Of a stretch of 47,643 bases of DNA, positions 38,941 through 47,643 are shown in pieces. Both the position numbers and the translations under genes were made by a program. The notes below the pieces were generated by a model that had not been told where the DNA came from, ran no database searches, and was given only the letters and a program-made list of their open reading frames with translations. Each line of letters begins with the position of its first letter. Position 1 is the stretch's first letter. The DNA comes from Pseudomonadota bacterium (GTDB lineage Bacteria > Bdellovibrionota_C > UBA2361 > OMII01), in NCBI GenBank assembly GCA_038134595.1, contig JAYPVM010000009.1, positions 58,212-105,854 on the forward strand. Reading direction: 5' to 3'.

Positions 38941-39407
38941 TAACTTTCTCAACTTTACTGACATAACCTGCCAAACCGAGCGCCACCGCAAACTTCTACG
39001 AAATAGCTCTAGTCGGCAGCTAAATAGTACCAAGAAGCTACGATTTGCCCCAGACCAAATCTTTGTTTTATTTCCAGGCTTCGCGCATATGGTCGGAAGA
39101 TTCCATTCCTCCAGTAGACTTTTGGCTATCCGTAAATGAAAACGTCCATCCCCAGGGAGCCTTACACAATCAAAAGCCCTATATATTCGATGGATTAAGA
39201 CATTCAAGGGACTCAGACAAATTAATAATCGAGCCTTAGAACTAGAAAAAATCCGAAATTGGCGGATCCAAACTAAGCTTCGAGAGCCACCTGGGCACTC
39301 ATCAGCTTGCGACCGCCTCCGATAAAAAACCAGATCTCTGAACGAAGCCACACTTGCCGTTTGGTCGGATCTTTCGGGGCAGATTTCTCCTAAAAATAGA
39401 CGCAATA

Positions 39408-40064
39408 TTAGCTGTTCTTAAGAAACTGCTCCTCCCGCCTAGCGCTTAGGTCTGCTAAGGCTATATGAACGCCCTCTCTAAAAATATCGATCGCACTCTT
39501 AAATCCATTGATGGATGCGGTAGACGGCGCGCCACCGCGCCCCCATGACAACACATCCTCACTTGCCTGAACCTGTCGGTAAAAAAACTGAGTCTTCCAA
39601 AGAACCTCTCCTGACTGGGAGGACGAGAGAACCATCCTAAATGACACAACGGCAGGTTGCCCGCCTAGCTTAGAGCCCTCTCGCTCCCTCATTCTAATTA
39701 AATCAAGAGAAAGCACGGCATCACTGGGTTCTTCCCGTGCCGTAGCACCTCTTTTACCAGCAACAAGCGGGTCCTCATACGTTTTTACAGACAACACCTC
39801 TTGCACAGCCCGAAAAAAAACCCCATACGCCTCCGATTCGGGCACAGCCAACCTCTCAACACCAGCACTACTAGTAGGATAGGCCACCAAAACGGACTGG
39901 ACCCCCCGTAGCCGCATTGGATTAGAAACAACCGTTGCCAATCGAGGATCGCTGTGTTGATTACTTACTAATGGCCCAACCTCTTCTCCAGAGTGCCTAA
40001 AGCAACCCAGCAGTGAGACTAAGCTAAAAGAAACGACCCCAACAAGAACCCATGCAAGCTTCAT
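39408..40064 (-). CDS. Hypothetical lipoprotein (CsgG/LpoB/GNA1162-like fold suspected)
   Basis: GGGGAG RBS before MKLAW; lipobox LLGC; DAVL and VSFRMV..SQSGEVLW patterns. Confidence 0.65.
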   Translation of the reverse strand: MKLAWVLVGVVSFSLVSLLGCFRHSGEEVGPLVSNQHSDPRLATVVSNPMRLRGVQSVLVAYPTSSAGVERLAVPESEAYGVFFRAVQEVLSVKTYEDPLVAGKRGATAREEPSDAVLSLDLIRMREREGSKLGGQPAVVSFRMVLSSSQSGEVLWKTQFFYRQVQASEDVLSWGRGGAPSTASINGFKSAIDIFREGVHIALADLSARREEQFLKNS

Positions 40065-40477
40065 CTCGGCTCCCCCTATCATAATAAAACAAGAACTAAC
40101 CAACTGTTCTAACACAACCAATGCAAAATCACATCTCTGGCCTCACACAAGCCAAAACACTACCTATTCTTCCGTGGAATTTCAATCTAGCTTTTCCTCT
40201 CCACTCCTTACTACGCCCCAAGGGGACAAATTGAAGAGGGTCGCGAGATTACCCCCTCGATCTCACAAATGCTCATTTCAATCAAATACGCTCTCCCCGC
40301 ACCTATTGAGCAAGGCCTGGAAACTTCTCCATGAGACGCAAAATTTGTGACTAAAAACTTGCGATGCATCCAACTTGCCTCTTGATCTCTTGAGCAGATC
40401 GGGTTTACTTTTTGGGCAGACAAAACAAGCCATCAAAACTCATGAAGGTGAGAGTTATTTAACGAAAGATAAAAACT

Positions 40478-40909
40478 ATGAGTACGAAAGCAGCAGAGAA
40501 AATTATTGACGCACTAACTCAACTAGTAGAGGGGTTTGCAGAATTACAAGAGCAGCTCGAAGAGGATTTTCAAATCGACGACGAAGAGTCTGAAGATGCG
40601 GCATCTGATGATTCATCGGAAGAGTTTCAGGAAGCTCTTCTTACAGAGGTTCGCGCTTCGGTTGAGGCAGTTATCGAGAATGAAGATTGCGCTCCTGAAG
40701 ACATTGCAACAGTTATCTCTGCGCTAACCGACGCATTAGAAGAAGTCGCGCCCGAAGTGTTTGTTCAAGCAGAACAAGACAGCGAGGAAGAGGATTCCTA
40801 TTATGAGGATGAAGATGATGATGACGACGAAATCGATTTAGACGAAGACGACGATGATTACGAGTACGAAGAAGAAGAAGATGATGATGAGGAGGAGGAC
40901 GACGACTAG
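40478..40909 (+). CDS. Highly acidic hypothetical protein (143 aa)
   Basis: Clean ORF; 66 of 143 residues are D/E and only 3 are K/R; followed by a hairpin. Confidence 0.8.
   Translation: MSTKAAEKIIDALTQLVEGFAELQEQLEEDFQIDDEESEDAASDDSSEEFQEALLTEVRASVEAVIENEDCAPEDIATVISALTDALEEVAPEVFVQAEQDSEEEDSYYEDEDDDDDEIDLDEDDDDYEYEEEEDDDEEEDDD
40778..40906 (+). repeat. Low-complexity GAN-codon tract (poly Asp/Glu)
   Basis: Runs of GAT/GAC/GAA/GAG codons encoding the acidic tail. Confidence 0.7.
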
Positions 40910-40927
40910 AAATCTCGCGTCCATTAC

Positions 40928-40964
40928 GTGTGCGCCTGACTAACCTCAGACGCACACTTTCGTT
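40928..40964 (+). terminator. Hairpin, probable terminator between convergent genes
   Basis: GTGTGCGcCTGA-ctaacc-TCAGaCGCACAC followed by TTTCGTT; the single mismatch is a G-U pair on the minus strand. Confidence 0.55.
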
Positions 40965-41223
40965 CCAAAGCAATCATATTTTCGATAGCAATTATCTTCT
41001 TCCTTTATCACCATCTCGGCACCGTTGTTAGTTGCAGCGTCGAAAAAAGCTAGCGCACGCTTCCTTTTAAATCTGCGGATAAGTTTGTATTAGGTAGGCT
41101 TAAAGAACCGCGGCCAATTACAAAAAGCCTGCTACTCATTTGTGTTAGAAGAGTATTTCTATTTACCAAGCTTATCTCTACTTCTTGGCTGTCACTATTT
41201 GCTAGCCACAATTAGATGTTTCT

Positions 41224-42441
41224 TCACCCAGACACAAGCCGATACTCTGACCAGTCTTGAAGAGGGAAACGCTCAACTGCCCGCTCGATGTCTTTTTTGG
41301 ATACCATTTTAATTCTCTCAAGCTTGGCCTGTAAAGGAGTACTCGTCTTTCGGTAGGTCCACTCCATTCCAAGCGACATCAATCTTCCCATAGGCAACTC
41401 GCCATCCATTACGACACGCGACATCACCTTGGCCTTAGCTCTCTCTAAATCGTTTTCAGAAAATGCTGTTGGGGTGCTAACTACTTTGCGGGCAACACCT
41501 ATGACTTGGTCTAATCTATCTTGTGGACAGCATACATACACACCCATACAGCCGCTACCATCTCTCTCATCTACATCGACACTTGCCGACTCCGCTAAGC
41601 CTGTATGCACCAAATCCCAATACAATGAAGACCCAGCAACTTCTCCCAGAATCGTGGACAAGATAGCCATCGGATAGCGATCTTTATCCTGAGCGCTCGG
41701 TCCGGAGGAGAGAAGATACGCGTGCCCCTGCACTAACTTGGGCTTGAAAAATGTGCGAGAGACTGTCGGATTAGTGTGAGAGATATACTCTCGATCAACA
41801 GAGTGATCGGCCCAATCGCCACACAATTCTTGTGCCTTTTCGAAAAAACTATCCCAACAAACCTTTCCAGTAGCAACAAGAGTAATGTTCGATGGCGCAT
41901 ATCGCCGATTGAAATAACCTAGCATCTGCTCGCGCGAAATCGCTGAGACACTGTCAACAGTACCCAAAACTGAATTTCCCAGAGGGTTAGAGCCGAAATA
42001 ATCTCTACTAGCCTGTTCGATGAGATAGAAGTGAGGTCGGTCTTGGTAAAGCGCAATCTCTTCAAGTATAACCTTCTTCTCGGTATCGAATTCTTTCGGA
42101 TCAAGAGAAGGACGAAGCATATCACTTAAAAGCTCCTGCATTTCAGAAAACTTCTCCGGAATTACCGCTGAATAGTATACTGTGTTCTCTTCAGAGGTGA
42201 ATGCATTTGCATGAGCACCAAGAGCTCCAAGGTGCATGTTAATGTCTAGGGCACTTCTCGTGGCGGTGCCCTTAAACATCATGTGCTCTAAAAAGTGCGA
42301 AATCCCAGATTCCTCTGACTGCTCATCGCGCGCACCAGTTTTCACAAAAAAACCTATCGTCGAAGTTACGTTAGCCGGATTAACTTCAGCGATAATCTTT
42401 AAACCATTGCCAAGCGTTTCAGTTTTGAACTCTTGTGTCAT
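41224..42441 (-). CDS. M16 family zinc peptidase, catalytic subunit
   Basis: GARDE...SGISHFLEHMMFKGT (HxxEH), NAFTSEENT.YY, EKKVILEE. Confidence 0.92.
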   Translation of the reverse strand: MTQEFKTETLGNGLKIIAEVNPANVTSTIGFFVKTGARDEQSEESGISHFLEHMMFKGTATRSALDINMHLGALGAHANAFTSEENTVYYSAVIPEKFSEMQELLSDMLRPSLDPKEFDTEKKVILEEIALYQDRPHFYLIEQASRDYFGSNPLGNSVLGTVDSVSAISREQMLGYFNRRYAPSNITLVATGKVCWDSFFEKAQELCGDWADHSVDREYISHTNPTVSRTFFKPKLVQGHAYLLSSGPSAQDKDRYPMAILSTILGEVAGSSLYWDLVHTGLAESASVDVDERDGSGCMGVYVCCPQDRLDQVIGVARKVVSTPTAFSENDLERAKAKVMSRVVMDGELPMGRLMSLGMEWTYRKTSTPLQAKLERIKMVSKKDIERAVERFPLQDWSEYRLVSG

Positions 42442-43697
42442 TTCTTTACCTCCATGGCTACGACATCGCCATCAACATCTAACCGCTTTGACCCAAGTGT
42501 CAGTATTGAACACGGTGTAAAAGGGTACTGCTCCAGAAAACTCTCAATACTTTCTAGCGATACTCGGTCAATAGCATCATGAATCTCCACAAGCGGCCTT
42601 ACACGTGAAAGCAACCACCAATCTGAAGCATTTGATGAGGCTCTCGATGATGGTGCCTCTTCTCCCATGATCAAACTTGCCTTGAGATTTGTCCTCGCTC
42701 GCTCAAGCTCAAACTCCTCTATGCTACCTCGCAGCCGTCGAAATTCACCAAGCATTACATCGAGGCTCTCCTGAGCTCTATCCGCAGTTGTTCCAACATA
42801 TGCCGTAATAGTGCCATATTCCTTTCTAGAACCATGACGAGCGTATACCGAGTAGCATAACCCTCGTTTCTCTCGTACTTCCATAAACAGCCGACCAAAC
42901 ATCGACGATCCGAGCAAACTCGCAACTAATTTTCCCTCGTAATAGAGCGGAGCTCCAAAAGGTACCGAGCGGTTCGCCATCACAATCTGTAATTGCGCAG
43001 AATCGTCGTCTATGTGGTAATACTCTTCGCGTGGCTCGAGTCCATAGCCGACTGGCGAAGGGGCTTCACCATCCCAACCCTCGAACAACTCCTCAACTAC
43101 ATCAAAAACTTCCTGGGCTTTCACATTACCCGCCACAGAAACTATACTTCCCTGAGGACGAAAATACCGACTGTGTAAAATCGCAAGTTGCTGCCGATCC
43201 GTTTTTTCTATACCCTCCTGGCTACCAAGTGACGTTCTATTGAACGGCGCGGGATGAAACCTCTTTGTAAGTTCCACCATTGCCCGCCTTGCCGGATTGT
43301 CTCTCAGTGAGGCTAGGTCCTGTAGCAAAATACTCTTTAGTGCCCCAATATCATCCTCCGGTATCTGAGGGGCCCTAATCATGCTCGATGTAAGCTCAAG
43401 ACCCTTTTTGTAATTCGCCCCTACGGCAGATCCCGCCAATGTGAACCGATCAAGACCGCATCCTTCGCCATGCCGAATGCCGTATTGATCAAACTCATTT
43501 GAGAGTTGGCGAGAATCGTACTGTCCAGCCCCTTTACACAAAACATCCGCCAACAAAACGGCCTGACCTAGCCTTTCCTCACCGTCAGCTATAAACCCTC
43601 CGGGCACTGAGAATTCGTATGATACCGACTCAACATGCTCCATCTCCTCTACGAGTATCGTAAGACCATTCGGCAACACTTTGTTAAAAAAAGTCAC
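42438..43697 (-). CDS. M16 family peptidase-like protein, non-catalytic subunit
   Basis: LPNGL start, HxxEH replaced by VLLAD, retains RLF.EVREKRGL.YSV; overlaps the catalytic gene by 4 nt. Confidence 0.88.
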   Translation of the reverse strand: MTFFNKVLPNGLTILVEEMEHVESVSYEFSVPGGFIADGEERLGQAVLLADVLCKGAGQYDSRQLSNEFDQYGIRHGEGCGLDRFTLAGSAVGANYKKGLELTSSMIRAPQIPEDDIGALKSILLQDLASLRDNPARRAMVELTKRFHPAPFNRTSLGSQEGIEKTDRQQLAILHSRYFRPQGSIVSVAGNVKAQEVFDVVEELFEGWDGEAPSPVGYGLEPREEYYHIDDDSAQLQIVMANRSVPFGAPLYYEGKLVASLLGSSMFGRLFMEVREKRGLCYSVYARHGSRKEYGTITAYVGTTADRAQESLDVMLGEFRRLRGSIEEFELERARTNLKASLIMGEEAPSSRASSNASDWWLLSRVRPLVEIHDAIDRVSLESIESFLEQYPFTPCSILTLGSKRLDVDGDVVAMEVKK

Positions 43698-43699
43698 TA

Positions 43700-45052
43700 T
43701 TAACTCCTGTCATATTCTGAAACTAGATCCTTTAGACTGACACTATCAGCATCTCGCTGACCTATGAAACATTGGTACATGCAGGAAATAGCTCTACCCA
43801 AAAACATCGACTCCCTCTTCTTAAATACCGCTTCCTGAATATCCGCTATTGTAACCGTCTCGGGAGCTCGCATGAGCAAAATCGGCATATCTCGACCATC
43901 GCCTCGCATGATTATGCCAGCCTGCTCTAGACCATCAAGACTCGACTTCAGAACTACCGAGCTACACCCCAAGGATTCTGCAATCTCAAGCTCATTCGGG
44001 GCTCTATCCCCTTCGCAAAATGCTCGCGCCGTCAAAACCAAACTTTGAACTGCGAGCAACATCGCTCCATCACCTACTGACATAAATGAACGCTTCCACA
44101 ACCGACCCGATCGAGGTAAATGCTGAGCCTGATAGGAAACCTCTGCGCCAAAAAGGACAATCGACCAGGAAACATAAAGCCAGATAAGAAATATAGGGAC
44201 AAGTGCTAATGATTCATAAACTCGTTGGTAGGTAGAAAATTGTACTATATAGAATGCAAACCAATGCTTCGCAAAACCGAATAATATCGAAGCAATCACT
44301 CCCCCAAATACCGCTGGAACAAATCTAACTGGCGCCTTAGGCACAAGAAAGTACAGCGCTATGAACGCAATGGAATCGATTACAAAGGGAAGAAAGTCAT
44401 GATACAAACCACTCAATAAACCAAATCCGGCAAAATAAGGCTCAACTTTCGTACTTGTATAATAACCCGACAACGCAAACGCAGGAATAAGAACGATAAT
44501 TGCACAGAAAATCGCTAATCGGTCTGTAATCTTCCTTGTCTCGTACACCTGCCAAACCTGGTTTAACGTATACTCGATAGAGTTAAGTAGTAAAAGTGAC
44601 GTAGTAACCAACGCCGCAATCACCAAATAGTTTAACCGTATAAGCTTCTCGCTCAGCTCTTCTAACCACGGAAGTAACGCATCGAGTGCTGTAGTTCCGG
44701 GAACAAACTGTCGGAATAGAAACTCCTTTATTTGGCTTATATTATCACCTGCGCTGACAAATACCGCCATGATTCCAAAACAAAGGGCAGTTAGTGGCAC
44801 CAGTGAAAGAAGCGATGAATAAGCTAAAGAGGCAGCTCTGGAAAAGCCGTTGTCCCAATAAAATCGATCAGCAGACGAAACAACAACTCTGACAAGCCAC
44901 CGAAACTCACCCAATGAAAAGCGTAACCGTCGCTCCGCTTCATCGAGCATGGCCTGTCCTTTTATAAACTTTCTCGGAAACTCACTTTTCATAGCTGCTG
45001 ACATCTGGCTAATAATTGCGCCAATATCCCAAAATCTCAACCTACTTGCCAA
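43700..45052 (-). CDS. YihY/BrkB family inner membrane protein with C-terminal HTH (start may be 44950)
   Basis: AASLAYSSLLSLVP, IE.TLN.VW, LY..VP, Y.SLA.VPIFL.WLY.SW.IVL.GAE; C-terminal EIAESLG...L..L...G...L.R.PE. Confidence 0.88.
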   Translation of the reverse strand: MASRLRFWDIGAIISQMSAAMKSEFPRKFIKGQAMLDEAERRLRFSLGEFRWLVRVVVSSADRFYWDNGFSRAASLAYSSLLSLVPLTALCFGIMAVFVSAGDNISQIKEFLFRQFVPGTTALDALLPWLEELSEKLIRLNYLVIAALVTTSLLLLNSIEYTLNQVWQVYETRKITDRLAIFCAIIVLIPAFALSGYYTSTKVEPYFAGFGLLSGLYHDFLPFVIDSIAFIALYFLVPKAPVRFVPAVFGGVIASILFGFAKHWFAFYIVQFSTYQRVYESLALVPIFLIWLYVSWSIVLFGAEVSYQAQHLPRSGRLWKRSFMSVGDGAMLLAVQSLVLTARAFCEGDRAPNELEIAESLGCSSVVLKSSLDGLEQAGIIMRGDGRDMPILLMRAPETVTIADIQEAVFKKRESMFLGRAISCMYQCFIGQRDADSVSLKDLVSEYDRS

Positions 45053-45585
45053 TATATTTCACTAAACACAGCACGTCTTCTCCTGAAGATGATAAACATA
45101 CTAGAAATAGGATGCGATAAAGTTCCAAGTCTCTTTATAACTTTCCATACGCCATGCCATCAATTTTACTGGCGTGATTATGAAAGCCACGCTTCCATCC
45201 AACCTATTCTTTCGTCAGTACTTTGACGCATGTAAACCAAACGATATAGAACAAGAGAAAGCCACACAAAGCTCCAAGACATTCTGCAAACTATTATCTG
45301 CGGGCCTCCCCCTTTACCCCCCAACTAACTGATAGCAAATGGCTTATCACGGCCAGACACAAGCCAACTGAGCGCACGAAAAGCCCCTTATTCCTAGCCA
45401 CCGAGCCAAACCGAAAAAGCAAGGCTGTTTTTCAATCCACGTAGGTAAGAAGCAATGAACTTGATAAAGACGGGCACAACGCACCACAGAACGGTGTTTG
45501 CATTAATACCTCCTCGCCCTTCTTGCGCCTCTATGTTATCATATGGCTAGGAGATCACCCTGGCAGATAATCGAAAGTGTTCACC

Positions 45586-45864
45586 ATGGCTGCAACCTGT
45601 TTTCACTGCAATAGCAAAATCCTGTTGTCTAACATCTCATTCCGAGAGACCTGTGAAAGGTGTAGCTCGGACATGCACGTCTGTTTGAACTGCTCTTTTT
45701 ACGACCAAAGTTCACACCATGAATGTCGAGAGTCCTCGGCAGAGTATGTCAAGAACAAAGAGACAAGCAATCGATGTGAATATTTTCGACTAGCCACCTC
45801 AAGCCAAGAACCGAAGACTACTAGTAAGGAGTCTTTAAAAGCGCTCGAAGATTTGTTCAAGTAG
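45586..45864 (+). CDS. Small Cys-rich (putative Zn-binding) protein
   Basis: CFHC, CERC, CLNCSFYD, ECRE, NRCEYF, C-terminal LEDLFK; ATG at 45586. Confidence 0.75.
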   Translation: MAATCFHCNSKILLSNISFRETCERCSSDMHVCLNCSFYDQSSHHECRESSAEYVKNKETSNRCEYFRLATSSQEPKTTSKESLKALEDLFK

Positions 45865-45874
45865 CAGGATTTAT

Positions 45875-46834
45875 TCAAATAGCGGTAACGACTTTTTCAT
45901 TCTTTATCTTCTCGTACCAGAAGTCATAAAGCTCTTGTAGCGTCTCTCTTAGTGGTATTTGCACCTTCCAATCACATGCTTTGGCTATTTTTGCAGTCGT
46001 CCCATATATTTCTGGCACCTCGGATGGCCGCATACGCGTAGGGTCTTTTTGTATCGAAACATTTAGACCCGAAATCGCAACCAGATTAGCAAGTATATCA
46101 CTGATACTTACACACGCTCCGGAGCCTACGTTAAAAATCCCAGACCCTCCCTCGGCAAGAAGACGATACGCTCGAACAACATCACGCACATCCGAAAAGT
46201 CTCGCTTCGCCTCCAAATTACCAACGCTAATAATTGGCTCATGGAAACCATGGGCTATTATAGCGAGCTGACGAGCAAAATTAGCCGAAACAAACCTGGC
46301 GTCCTGTCCAGCTCCAATGTGATTAAACGGCCTTACGATGACGTGCCGCATATCACTACGGGGCCTGCAATATCTCTCTACTGCTAGCTCCCCCATTCTT
46401 TTGGACAGACTATAATTGTTCGCCGGTCGCACAGGGGTTTCTTCAGTAATAGGTAAGTCAGTCGCACTAATCGCACCGTATACCTCGGCGGAACTTGCAA
46501 ACACCAGCGCACCATCAGACGGCAACTTCTCTGCGCAGATTCGAGCAACGTTGGCAGCTCCTAGCACATTAACACGTATCGCACTCTCAAGATTCTTCTC
46601 CGCTTCTGGCACAAACGCCATTCCTGCTAGAAGATACACTACTTCGGGCTGAAACTGGTCAAAAGCATCCCGTATCGTATCCGCAATGGTAATATCGGCA
46701 ATTACGTTTAGACAGCCGGCCACTTCATCGTCCGGCGACAACACCCCACAAGCAACCTCATCGCTGTTGTCTCTTAAATGTCTAACAAGGTGCCTGCCTA
46801 CAAAACCACCGGCCCCGAGTACGAGTGATCGCAT
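45875..46834 (-). CDS. GDP-4-keto-6-deoxy-mannose reductase (Rmd-like) extended SDR
   Basis: GAGGFVG, SSAEVYG, P.NNYSLSK, RPFNHIG.GQ...FV...FARQ, VGNLEAKRDFSDVRDVVRAY, RPSE; downstream of gmd. Confidence 0.8.
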   Translation of the reverse strand: MRSLVLGAGGFVGRHLVRHLRDNSDEVACGVLSPDDEVAGCLNVIADITIADTIRDAFDQFQPEVVYLLAGMAFVPEAEKNLESAIRVNVLGAANVARICAEKLPSDGALVFASSAEVYGAISATDLPITEETPVRPANNYSLSKRMGELAVERYCRPRSDMRHVIVRPFNHIGAGQDARFVSANFARQLAIIAHGFHEPIISVGNLEAKRDFSDVRDVVRAYRLLAEGGSGIFNVGSGACVSISDILANLVAISGLNVSIQKDPTRMRPSEVPEIYGTTAKIAKACDWKVQIPLRETLQELYDFWYEKIKNEKVVTAI

Positions 46835-46859
46835 ATAACAACTCCCGTCTTGTTCAGAA

Positions 46860-47643
<784 letters not shown>

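Noticed and set aside
41224..43697. M16 pair as the leader peptidase of the MNIO RiPP (PqqF/G analogy)
   Set aside because: It is 36 kb away, and the precursor has a Sec signal that signal peptidase would remove.
45180..45332. 50-codon plus-strand ORF (MKATLPSN...) in the yihY/Cys-protein gap
   Set aside because: No convincing RBS or motif; cannot be supported without homology data.

Overview
A 47.6-kb bacterial chromosomal window (GC roughly balanced), most consistent with a diderm deltaproteobacteria/Bdellovibrionota-like organism; this is inferred from gene content (cdaA-cdaR-glmM after ftsH, GspL/M/N-like genes, DUF4390-NtrY) and not proven. Most of it is housekeeping: partial wzt, hpt, nnr, glmM, cdaR, cdaA, ftsH, tilS, a MoxR/DUF58/Bat operon, nadA, fbp, an NtrY-like kinase, ruvAB, a PBP1b-like enzyme, T2SS/T4P L-M-N-like genes, ftsK, an M16 peptidase pair, YihY, rmd-like and partial gmd. 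The standout accessory element is a compact RiPP-type cluster on the minus strand (2501-5169): a 69-aa signal-peptide-bearing precursor with an acidic His/Cys (3x C-x-G) core that the ORF track mis-starts, then a terminator-like hairpin, a DUF692/MNIO oxidase, a DUF2063 partner and a DoxX membrane protein. The architecture is bufferin/oxazolin-like, but I do not recognise the core sequence from characterised families. Other items of interest: a 46% Asp/Glu small protein, a hypothetical protein with an apparent internal duplication, an 8-Cys small protein, an orphan NtrY-like kinase and several palindromic sites. I found no rRNA, tRNA, CRISPR array or mobile element.
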